The translations under genes were made by a program, and so were the position numbers. A stretch of DNA of 64,000 bases from Gammaproteobacteria bacterium (GTDB lineage Bacteria; Pseudomonadota; Gammaproteobacteria; JBCCGL01): positions 576,001 to 640,000 of the forward strand of contig OZ255836.1 in NCBI GenBank assembly GCA_965277715.1, read 5' to 3'. The number at the start of each line of letters is the position of its first letter. The stretch's first letter is position 1. The notes below the pieces were generated by a model, which saw only the letters and a list, made by a program, of their open reading frames with translations, was not told the origin of the DNA and searched no databases. Of this stretch, positions 9,301 to 16,898 are shown piece after piece.

Positions 9301-11138
9301 GTTAGATTACCGTTATCCGGCAGGCTGATACGGGCAGTGCCACCGGTATCTTTGATATCGCCGCCACTGACCTTCAGATCACCCGTAACGGTGGCATCGC
9401 CACTCACCGCCAGGTCACCACTGAGATCGACATTGCCCGTACTATCCACCGTTAACGCTGCCGTGCCATCATTTTTGTTCAACTGCAAAACGTCGCCATC
9501 GGGCATTACCTGGCTGTTACTACAGTGCTGTGCCGTGCAGTTAAACAACCGCAGCAGTGCCTTGTCGCAACTGTGCGCGCCGCTGCCGCTGGCAGTGGCG
9601 ATGCAGTCGTAAACAGTCAAGGTGGAATGGTCGCATTGATACACTCCGCCGCCATTGGCCGCCTTGTTGTGGTGCAGTTGGGTGGCGGTGATCTGGGTGA
9701 CATTATTGGCACCATACAGACCACCACCATTGGCGCTGGTGTGATGATTAATGATTTTGCAGTTCAGTTCAGATTGTTCGCAGTAGTCCAGAAAAAAAGC
9801 GCCGCCCTGGTCAGTGCCGGTTAAGGCACCGCCCAAACCATTAACCCCACCACGGCCATCAAAACTCCAGCCACGCAACTGAATACCAGTGACGGGTGTG
9901 CCAGCGCTGCCCTGCACGGTGAACCGGGCCTGTGCATTGTCTTTAACCACCACCGTATCTTCCTGGTTAAAACCGATAATGCTGACGTTTTCCTGGAGTT
10001 CCACGCTGTTTTTCAGGATATAGGCGGGGCGGCCATTAAAGGTATTCTCCGGGTTATTGCCCATGCCACCCCAGGCGCCACTGGCAATATCCGAGCCGAT
10101 AAAGGGCGTGGTGATGGCAAAGCTGTCGGTAGTCACATCGCTAATAGTGTAGGTGCCGCTGTAGTAACGGCTCTGGCTGATCAACACAGTTGTATTGTCA
10201 CTCAGGCCGTGACCGGCAGAGGTGCAGACCACCTTGGCGCCGGTTTCAGTCGCTGAGTCGGCAAAGGCGCTAATGGCGCTATAACTTGTGGTGCCCCATT
10301 TGGCCGTACCATCGGCAATAAAGTGGGCGTTGATATCAAAGCCGTTGGCGGTGACATTGCTGATGCTGTAGTGACCGTTGTGATGGGCGCTTTGGGTAAT
10401 CACAATCTGGGTGCCGTCGTCGAGTCCGTGGGCGGCGGCGGTACAGGTGACTTTGGTATTCGGTGAGTTGGTGGCGTTGGCAAAGGCGGTGATTGCCTGC
10501 AACACCTGCCAGCGACCGCTATCGTTTGGCTCGTAGGCACCCTGGATGGGGCTGAGGGCTATGGTACTGTTGGCGGCAATGACTGTGTCGGTGCCGAGGT
10601 TAAACACCTGGTCGAATTCCGCCTGGCTGTGAATTTTAACCGTGTTGGGGCCGAGCAGCAGGGTGTCCCTGGCCGCCGGGGCCTCCAGCTTGCCGCTGCC
10701 ATCGATGACGATATCGCCCGCATCGGCCCCAGAGAAAGTCAGGTCGAAGGCCAGCAGGAAGTCTGTGCCCGCTACCTTCTCGGCCAGCTTTTCATCATTG
10801 GCGGCGTAAAGGGCAAAGAGTTCGCCGGTTTCCAGAAAAAAGCCGATTTCGTAGATGGGGTAGACGCTGGGTACATCGGCGCCCTCGTCTTGCAATGTGG
10901 CGGTTAAATGTAACTGGTTTTGCCGGTTGCCGATCAGTTCACCACCGGCAATGACAACCCGCTGGATTTCGTGTTTGAGGGCTGTCATATCCTGGGTGGC
11001 GGTATAGGGGCCACTGCCCGCGCCGGTTTGACCATCGCCCACCGCCACCTCGGCGATGCGTGCAGACATGCCACGGTTTTTGGCGTCGATCAGGGCGGTG
11101 ATGCCCGCGTCGGTAATTATTGGGGTTAGTGTGCTCAT
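6315..11138 (-). CDS. Tail fibre protein, copy 1 (1607 aa), with C-terminal peptidase S74 intramolecular chaperone
   Basis: Same N-terminus as copy 2, modular repeats, C-terminal SDQRIK...KKGLIAQQLETVFPQAV...IDYDSV...SAIQE typical of S74/ICA domains. Confidence 0.9.
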   Translation of the reverse strand: MSTLTPIITDAGITALIDAKNRGMSARIAEVAVGDGQTGAGSGPYTATQDMTALKHEIQRVVIAGGELIGNRQNQLHLTATLQDEGADVPSVYPIYEIGFFLETGELFALYAANDEKLAEKVAGTDFLLAFDLTFSGADAGDIVIDGSGKLEAPAARDTLLLGPNTVKIHSQAEFDQVFNLGTDTVIAANSTIALSPIQGAYEPNDSGRWQVLQAITAFANATNSPNTKVTCTAAAHGLDDGTQIVITQSAHHNGHYSISNVTANGFDINAHFIADGTAKWGTTSYSAISAFADSATETGAKVVCTSAGHGLSDNTTVLISQSRYYSGTYTISDVTTDSFAITTPFIGSDIASGAWGGMGNNPENTFNGRPAYILKNSVELQENVSIIGFNQEDTVVVKDNAQARFTVQGSAGTPVTGIQLRGWSFDGRGGVNGLGGALTGTDQGGAFFLDYCEQSELNCKIINHHTSANGGGLYGANNVTQITATQLHHNKAANGGGVYQCDHSTLTVYDCIATASGSGAHSCDKALLRLFNCTAQHCSNSQVMPDGDVLQLNKNDGTAALTVDSTGNVDLSGDLAVSGDATVTGDLKVSGGDIKDTGGTARISLPDNGNLTLKDAGGTSRISIADGGALQLHEDGGTAALTVDTAGNIDLSGDLAVSGNATVTGDLQVSGGDIKDTGGTARISLPDNGNLTLKDAGGTNRISIADGGALQLHEDGGTAALTVDSEGNVDLSGDLAVSGKVGFDENLSQMIDMWGTGYGIGIQSSTQYFRTGVNFAWFKGGSHNDGALNAGTGGTVQMVIKDGNVGIGTASPDAKLVVDGDATVTGDLKVSGGDIKDAGGTSRISIADGGALQLHKDGGTAALTVDSTGNVSLSGDLQVSGGDIKDTGGTARISLPDNGNLTLKDAGGTSRISIADGGALQLHEDGGTAALTVDSTGNVGLSGDLSVANGKASFGATVRQMINLWNTVFGIGVQTHTQYFRTEHNFAWFKGGSHNDAKFNAGTGGTVQMVIEEGNVGIGTTNPDAKLVVDGDATVTGDLKVSGGDIKDADGTARISLPDNGNLTLKDAGGTSRISIADGGALQLHEDGGTAALTVNTSGNIDLSGDLVVSGKMDFDENLSQMIDMWGTDYGIGIQYHTQYFRTALNFAWFKGGSHNDDQFNAGTGGTVQMVIKDGNVGIGTASPDAKLVVDGDATVTGDLKVSGGDIKDTGGTARISLPDNGNLTLKDAGGTSRISIADGGALQLHEDGGTAALTVDSEGNVGIGTASPAAKLAVNGGVHIGGDSDPGDNNLRVGGKMDFGTTTRQMIDLWSTQYSIGVQHHTQYFRTEYNFAWFKGGSHNGDELDAGTGGTVQMVIKGSKVGIGTTSPGFPLHVAGGTSSRATYGYLSSSGSIGRVTSTWDVSIKADNAIRSTEFQAVSDQRIKQIKQRSNAAADVTKLLNIEVTDYAYIDTVQKGSDEKKGLIAQQLETVFPQAVQQSTDFIPDIYTLASAIDYHADQSRLSLYLTAPHNLQVGDKIRLIVDEQGQVDKDIIAVEDAYSFTVSDWKTPVDKVFVYGKQVDDFRSIDYDSVLMLCISAIQEGHREKTVLESKIERLEQYYADLKS

Positions 11139-11183
11139 TGGTTTATCTTTTCTGTTGGGGAACAGGAGGTTGTTTTGAGTTGT

Positions 11184-12119
11184 TTATAATGAAGCCGCCA
11201 TATTAAACCGCTTATAACTAACCGCCTTGCTACTGACAGCCAGCCGCATATAACCGGTTTGCACCAAACTTAAGCTAAAGCTGTAGTGGCTGCGCACTGG
11301 CTTGACCGCATCGATAACCTGGTGCAGTTTATTGTTGAGCGCCGCCGTACCCGCACCAGGGGTGCTGGCGTTGACCAGAAACTCCAGGTGAAAGGTGTGG
11401 GGCAGACCCCTGGGCGTCTGCTGCCACCATTCGGTGAGGGTGATGCTGATATAGGCAAAGGAGCGTTCAAGCGCATTTTGTACACTGGCCCGGGTGCCTT
11501 TGTGTTGATGAATAAAGGCGCTTTTGCGGATCAGGTTCCGGCGGCGGATGGATTCTTCCACCGGGTCATTGGCATTGCTGAACCAGGTATCACCGGAGGT
11601 GGCCCAGGCCAGCCAGGGCAGTAAGGCCTGTGGGCAGCGAGAAGGGTCCCACAGGCTGTCGATCAGTACCGGTAACTGGTTCAGGCGGTCACCCGTCAGC
11701 GACAGTTGCCGCTCCAATCTGCTGGCATTGGGGGGCAGCAGATGCACCTCGCTTTTTAAGGGGCGACTGGCGTACAGGCGTTGGCTTTGTGTGGTATCAG
11801 TCACCCACACCAGCAGGTGACTGGCACCGTCTGGAATGACGGTATTGTCAAACCGATGGAACAGCGGCCGCTGGTAGGTATAGACAGGTGCCTCCTTGGT
11901 ACCGGTATTCAGGGAACTGTATTCGGCAATTTTACTGTGAACGGCCAGCTTTTCCTGTGCGTTGCGCCCCCAGTGGAGTTCGATAACACGCAGGTTCCGG
12001 TGACTGTGATCGTGACAGAGGATCAACGGCCCATTGAGCACACCGGTGCGGGTGGCCGTATTCACAAAGGCAATGGTATCGACCTTCTGGTTAAGGGGCA
12101 CAGTGGCGGTTATCGACAT
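11184..12119 (-). CDS. Phage P2 gpI-like tail/baseplate protein with extra N-terminal domain
   Basis: LLPPNASRLERQL...LWDPSRCPQALLPWLAW...HQHKGT...EWWQ...DAVKPVRSH motifs after a ~120-aa extension. Confidence 0.9.
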   Translation of the reverse strand: MSITATVPLNQKVDTIAFVNTATRTGVLNGPLILCHDHSHRNLRVIELHWGRNAQEKLAVHSKIAEYSSLNTGTKEAPVYTYQRPLFHRFDNTVIPDGASHLLVWVTDTTQSQRLYASRPLKSEVHLLPPNASRLERQLSLTGDRLNQLPVLIDSLWDPSRCPQALLPWLAWATSGDTWFSNANDPVEESIRRRNLIRKSAFIHQHKGTRASVQNALERSFAYISITLTEWWQQTPRGLPHTFHLEFLVNASTPGAGTAALNNKLHQVIDAVKPVRSHYSFSLSLVQTGYMRLAVSSKAVSYKRFNMAASL

Positions 12120-12227
12120 GAGAACTCACTTTTCAGATTGGGTTGAAATAAGACCGCTGGCCCCGAATTAAACACGCCAGAAAAACACACAAGGGCCAAG
12201 CCCTCCAGCCGTATAGCCATATAACAA

Positions 12228-13631
12228 TTAATCAATAGAAACACTCACCCCATACAACATTTCACCAAATTCATTTTTGCTAAAAGCAATCAGATGCGTG
12301 GCCCCGGTGGGCACTGGGGTATTGGCCGCAAAGTGATGGGTCAGTGCACTGCCTTTAACGATTTCGGCAATGGGCGGCAGTGCATAACGAACACTGACCT
12401 GGGTATCGTTCAGCGTATTGTTGGTGGCTGTGACCACACCGGTGGTATTGTCCAGGCTGTAATCCTTACCTTTCAGGTAGATAATTTTACCGTCGTTACT
12501 GGTGATCAACAGGGAGGCGACCGGCTGGTGGTCGAGGGTAAACGTGTCCGTTGCAAAGGTGTAGTTTTTAGCGCCCCTGGGCAGTTTTTCGGCATTGTTG
12601 GCACCCCAGTAAAGGATGTAGTGGGTAATATCATAGTCAATATCGGCGGCGGTGAGGGTCACAGTGCCTTCAATCTCGCCGGATGTACCACTATTGGTAA
12701 AGGCGATAGCCTCGACCATATTGTTTGGCGTACTGTAGGGGTGTTCCTGGTAATCAATGGCACCCAGGGTGCCGTAGGGGGCCTGGTAGCGCTCAATCAG
12801 CAGATCGGTGGTAGGCTGGTGCAGTTCGACATTTTGCACACCCGGCTGGTAAAAGGCGGCAAATAAACCCGCGCGGGTAATATCGATGCCGATACCATGG
12901 TGTTTGTCGAGAAAAGCCTGGGCGACCGTACTGGCAGCGGTCAGGACTTCATCCGCCCCGACACCGGGGAACATCTGCACGGTGGCGTCGACGGTAAAGG
13001 GGATAATCTCTGCCGAACTGACCCGAATCTGATCGGTAATGGGGCGTATTTTATCGTGGTTAAGGGCCGCACTGACCGTATCGACTAAATCGGCCGCATT
13101 GCCATTGCCTTCTTTGCTGAGCAGTCGTACATCCACAATACCCGGCGATTCGGAGTAGACGGATACGTCTTTGACCAGGGCTGAGGCCGACAGGGCATGA
13201 AACACATAGGCGCCCTCGGGACCGGCGGTGGAAAAGCCTTCAAAAGCCAGTTGGGTGCGGGTGCGCAGGTGTTCGTCGTCTTCATAGGTGGGCGCTATCG
13301 GTGGCGAGGCGTCGGGGTCGCCGGGGTCGGTTTGCAGGCGACCGATATTCACCAGCGCCGCCAGGTTATCCAGGTTGCTGCCACTGGCGGTGGCCAGCAT
13401 TACCCCGCGTGCGGCCTCGTTGATGCGCTGGCGCAGGTGCATTTCCCGGTAGGCGACAACTTCCAGCAGTTTACTGATGGGGTCGCTTTCGGGCAGGTCG
13501 TTGACGATTAATTCCGGTGCCAGGTTCTGCAGCTCGGTTTTGGTCGCCGCCAGCAGGGTTTCGTAATCCAGCGTCTCGATGATGCTGGGGGGCGGGAGTT
13601 TGGAGAGGTCGATGGTGGTGAACAGGCTCAT
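12228..13631 (-). CDS. Phage P2 gpJ-like baseplate protein with C-terminal extension
   Basis: IDLSKLPPP, ESDPISKLLE..AYRE, FEGFSTAGPEGAYVFHALSA, IRPITD motifs plus ~170 extra C-terminal residues. Confidence 0.92.
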   Translation of the reverse strand: MSLFTTIDLSKLPPPSIIETLDYETLLAATKTELQNLAPELIVNDLPESDPISKLLEVVAYREMHLRQRINEAARGVMLATASGSNLDNLAALVNIGRLQTDPGDPDASPPIAPTYEDDEHLRTRTQLAFEGFSTAGPEGAYVFHALSASALVKDVSVYSESPGIVDVRLLSKEGNGNAADLVDTVSAALNHDKIRPITDQIRVSSAEIIPFTVDATVQMFPGVGADEVLTAASTVAQAFLDKHHGIGIDITRAGLFAAFYQPGVQNVELHQPTTDLLIERYQAPYGTLGAIDYQEHPYSTPNNMVEAIAFTNSGTSGEIEGTVTLTAADIDYDITHYILYWGANNAEKLPRGAKNYTFATDTFTLDHQPVASLLITSNDGKIIYLKGKDYSLDNTTGVVTATNNTLNDTQVSVRYALPPIAEIVKGSALTHHFAANTPVPTGATHLIAFSKNEFGEMLYGVSVSID

Positions 13632-13765
13632 GGGAACCCCTGGTTAGTTGTTGGTTGTCAATTGTTATATTGCTATATGGCTATATTGCTGGGCGTCACT
13701 GTCCTACTTTGATTGCTACGTAGGCTGGTATCCAGCACATGAAAGCAGGGTGAACCACCTTGCCA

Positions 13766-13792
13766 CTGGATTCCCGCATTTGTGGGAATGAC
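13766..13792. repeat. REP/dRS3-like palindrome
   Basis: CTGG-ATTCCC-gcatttgt-GGGAAT-GAC (ATTCCC-N8-GGGAAT) in the intergenic region upstream of gpJ. Confidence 0.55.
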
Positions 13793-13820
13793 GGCTGGGG
13801 ATAGGCCCAGAATGGCGAAT

Positions 13821-14333
13821 TTAAGCCGATGTGAATACAGCCTCCTCACCCTGTCCATGCTGTTGAACTTTCCAGGTGCCGGATTTCATCAGCAGGAGGT
13901 CGGGCACAGGTGGGGAACCGATCGGTGGTGGCGGTAGCGCCATCATCGCAGGTACCGTCGCGGTAACGGTAAATGAACCACTGGCATTATCTAAAACAAC
14001 GCCTTGCGATAGAGTTGAAGATTTCTCGGATGCCTTGAGGCCACTTAAGGTAACTTTCAACAAGGTGCCATCCACACCGCCAACCTTAGGTGCTACCGTC
14101 GAAAATGCGCCATGGGTCATTGTGTGATAAGAATCGGTAACACTGTCCATGGCCGTGATGATATCCGACACCAACACGGCGGCTTTGCTGCCGCCAACCG
14201 TTAATTTGCTGCCCGAACCATTGATCTCAACGTCAAAAGAGTTGGCGGTACCGGCGGGGGGGCTGGTTCCCCAGCCCCAATCCGCCGCTGCGGTTAAGCG
14301 TATAATCGCACCCTTTACCAAGACGTTAGCCAT
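13821..14333 (-). CDS. Putative contractile injection system spike-tip (PAAR-equivalent) protein
   Basis: Coupled directly behind gpV, 170 aa, beta-rich, with a PAM..PPPP..PPVPD..SGTW segment reminiscent of CIS spike-tip proteins. The call rests mainly on position. Confidence 0.5.
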   Translation of the reverse strand: MANVLVKGAIIRLTAAADWGWGTSPPAGTANSFDVEINGSGSKLTVGGSKAAVLVSDIITAMDSVTDSYHTMTHGAFSTVAPKVGGVDGTLLKVTLSGLKASEKSSTLSQGVVLDNASGSFTVTATVPAMMALPPPPIGSPPVPDLLLMKSGTWKVQQHGQGEEAVFTSA

Positions 14334-15280
14334 CAGCTGACATCCAGGGTGCCGGTCACTTTGACATCGCCTTCGATGGCAATGTTCTTGGCGGTGATGT
14401 TGAGATCCTGCTGGTCGGCATTAATCTTGACAGCCCCATTTTGATTAATCGTGATTATCGTAGACCCCGCACTGAACTCTATTTTTTTATTTCGATTAAT
14501 CGTGACCTCCGTAGCCCCCGCACTGAGCACCATTTTTTCCTCATCTTTAGCACTGGCATCAATCAGCACTTTAACTTTGGGGTCACTCGCCGAACCGGCA
14601 ATCAGGGTGGTTTTTGCTTTTGACACCAGTTGTAACTCGCCGCCCTTACCACTGGTGGTGTCGATCTCAAGGGCGATATCCGGCTCTGTTGTGCTGCCCA
14701 CTTTTAAGGCCAGCCTGGCGGTGCCTTCGCTGCTGCCCTCGGGGTCCATGATCGCGGTAAGGTTCAGGGACTTTTCAGCCTTTGGGCTGCTTTTGATTTC
14801 CAACCCCAGTTCGTGTTTGCTGCGGTCGTAGTGAATGTGGGTGCCGTCTTTATAGAAGCGTTGGTGAATGAGTGCATCTGTGTCCTTGGGAAAAAGGTCT
14901 CGTTTTATTACCCCGCTGGCGTTTTCACCGTCGAAGGTAACGCTGGCCCGGTACAGGGCACCTATCACAATACCCAATGCCAGGTCACCCGAGGGTGCCA
15001 CGACCAGTACCTGTTCGTGCAGTTCCGGCTGCCACCACTCGCCATCGTATCCGGCGCGCAGGGTTACCCAGGGCATCCAGTTGCGGGTAAAGCTGTCTGC
15101 TGTTTTACCGCCCACCTGCACCAGTACGTGGGGCACATCTATTGGTGCCTTGCTGTCATCAGGGCCTTTTTCGACGATTTTGCCGGTATGCACTATGCCA
15201 CTGAGCATGGTGTTGTGCCGACTGAGCGCACCTTCCATTTCAAGGGAGGACTGCTCGACCGTATCGTCAATAAGTGGCAT
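14333..15280 (-). CDS. Baseplate assembly protein V (gpV/VgrG-like spike)
   Basis: WMPWVTLRAG..WWQPELHEQVLVVAPSGD..GIVIGALY OB-fold motif, DGTHIHYD, beta-strand repeat C-terminus. Confidence 0.9.
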   Translation of the reverse strand: MPLIDDTVEQSSLEMEGALSRHNTMLSGIVHTGKIVEKGPDDSKAPIDVPHVLVQVGGKTADSFTRNWMPWVTLRAGYDGEWWQPELHEQVLVVAPSGDLALGIVIGALYRASVTFDGENASGVIKRDLFPKDTDALIHQRFYKDGTHIHYDRSKHELGLEIKSSPKAEKSLNLTAIMDPEGSSEGTARLALKVGSTTEPDIALEIDTTSGKGGELQLVSKAKTTLIAGSASDPKVKVLIDASAKDEEKMVLSAGATEVTINRNKKIEFSAGSTIITINQNGAVKINADQQDLNITAKNIAIEGDVKVTGTLDVS

Positions 15281-15383
15281 GGGCGTTTACTCTTGTTAGT
15301 GACTGATGAACACTGCTAAAAATTGGCATTTCCGCCTCTGCGGGCGTCACGAAAGATACATTTTTAGTGCTGCGCTGATGGTG

Positions 15384-15722
15384 TTATTGGATGGTCAGAT
15401 TTTCCAGGCGGATAATCCGATTGTCCGGCAGGTAGTGCCCTTCAATGGTGAAGTCAATACGCCCCTCGGCCACGTCGTTAACGGCCACCTGGCTCAATTT
15501 TAAACGCGGTTCGTAATACCCCAGGGCTTCGGTAATGGCCACCTGGATAGTCGCCACCAGGTTTTCGTTAACGGGTTGATCCAGTAGGTACATCAGCCGT
15601 GATCCATAGCTGCGGCGCATAATACGGGTGCCAATAGGGGTTGACAGGATGTCTTTGATGGATTGTTCCAGGTGCTTCATGCCATTGAGAACTTTACCTG
15701 TTTGCGCGTGCATGCCTTTCAT
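15384..15722 (-). CDS. Baseplate protein W (gpW/gp25 family)
   Basis: GMHAQTGK..HLEQSIKDILSTPIGTRIMRRSYGS..YEPRL; ATG at 15722 chosen. Confidence 0.92.
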   Translation of the reverse strand: MKGMHAQTGKVLNGMKHLEQSIKDILSTPIGTRIMRRSYGSRLMYLLDQPVNENLVATIQVAITEALGYYEPRLKLSQVAVNDVAEGRIDFTIEGHYLPDNRIIRLENLTIQ

Positions 15723-15756
15723 TGGGAATGTCTCTGTGTGGGGGTTGGTGCGGTGC

Positions 15757-16284
15757 TTATGCGCTGACAGGCGCAATATAGCTGGCCGGAAGCACCAGCC
15801 TGGATCGCTCGCCCAGCATGTCCAACAGGATAATCACCCGTTCTTTACTGGTGAATGCCATCAGGATTCCCTGGTAGTGTTGCATTGGCCCATCGGTTAT
15901 CTGTACTGCATCGCCCGACTTGAGCCGGGACTTCAGCATGCATTGAACCCTGTGTTCATTTTCATTGTTTATAAATGCCGACACTAATAAATCCGGCACT
16001 TTGGCGGGAGTATGGTCGAAACTCACAATGCTGGAAACGCCGATTGTCGAGCGTATGGGTGACCAGTTGTCCTGCGTTGTGTCCAGGTGGATAAATAAGT
16101 AACGTGGAAACAGTGGTTCTATGGACACGATGTCCTTTGACCGGTGCCGACGTTTCTGGCTGATTAATGGCAGGTATGTCTGGTAACCCTGGCGTTTCAG
16201 GTTTTCCTCGGCAGATCGTTCTTTGTGGGGCTTGCTGTGAATGAGGTACCAGGATTTATTGTTTTCTTTCTGTTCCGCTGGCAT
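15757..16284 (-). CDS. rfaH: RfaH-like (NusG paralogue) transcription antiterminator
   Basis: WYLIHSKPHKE..AEENLKRQGY..EPLFPRYLF..WSPIRSTIGVS NGN domain and KOW (GDAVQITDGP); ops element upstream. Confidence 0.9.
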   Translation of the reverse strand: MPAEQKENNKSWYLIHSKPHKERSAEENLKRQGYQTYLPLISQKRRHRSKDIVSIEPLFPRYLFIHLDTTQDNWSPIRSTIGVSSIVSFDHTPAKVPDLLVSAFINNENEHRVQCMLKSRLKSGDAVQITDGPMQHYQGILMAFTSKERVIILLDMLGERSRLVLPASYIAPVSA

Positions 16285-16409
16285 TGTATTTTTCTCTAAA
16301 ATATTGGCCAAAAAAATACTGGGGGTACTGATGCGTCACCCCTGGATTATTGGAAAAGGAGGGGTGAGGCAGGTCAGTGTGCGTTGTGGTTTCTGTTTTT
16401 CATAGAAAC

Positions 16410-16421
16410 CACGCTACCGCC
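16410..16421 (-). promoter_or_regulatory. ops element (RfaH loading site) in a JUMPstart-like leader
   Basis: Minus strand reads GGCGGTAGCGTG, preceded by hairpin TGCGA-ttgtat-TCGCA. Confidence 0.88.
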
Positions 16422-16564
16422 CTGCGAATACAATCGCATAAGAATAAAAAATTTATTTCTGTCCGTGATTAAAAAATCGCGGAGAGTGCAAACTACCCAG
16501 CCAATCTTTTAAAGCGCCTGTATATTGTGTTGTTGCGCGATGTTTATCTGCCTGGTTGATTTAA

Positions 16565-16628
16565 ATTATATGCAGTTATGATTTTAGTACTTCATGTTTT
16601 GTCATTTTTTTTTTCAAATTTTGTCATT
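16565..16628 (-). promoter_or_regulatory. Putative activator-dependent promoter for the rfaH/baseplate operon
   Basis: TATAAT at 16565-16570 (minus), weak -35, two direct AATGACAAAAnnTGAA boxes with 22-bp period. Confidence 0.55.
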
Positions 16629-16898
16629 TATTTGTTCGTAAATAGCATCAGGTAAAAATATACGATGGAGAATTCTAAAAAATCGTCATCGGGTCTCCTC
16701 TGGCGATATCAGGAATTTACCTTTTTTCTATGTGGGCAGCGCAGGTTGTTATGGAACAGGCACGAAGTAATTTATACTTCTATAAGGTTTAAATAATACG
16801 CTGTGTGTTAATAACACGATCAGCCAACTCAGTTATAAAGTTAATCGATGCATTTGTGAACCCCGAAAATTATTTCGTGCACGTTACTTAATGATTGA

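Noticed and set aside
1501-9480. CRISPR-like array
   Set aside because: Repeats are long, in-frame protein-coding units without unique spacers; no cas genes
165-11129. Many plus-strand and alternate-frame ORFs repeated across the fibre genes (e.g. 1494-2096, 3330-3938, 8917-9612)
   Set aside because: Antisense or frame shadows of repetitive coding sequence; they recur only because the fibre DNA recurs
1-11138. Diversity-generating retroelement acting on the fibre modules
   Set aside because: No reverse transcriptase or non-coding template repeat in the window, and differences between modules are not confined to adenines
1-11138. Invertase/shufflon tail-fibre switching
   Set aside because: All cassettes are co-oriented full genes; no recombinase gene or inverted crossover sites seen
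1-16284. Intact prophage
   Set aside because: No head, packaging, replication, integrase or lysis genes visible, and host-type RfaH/ops control; cannot be fully excluded beyond the left edge
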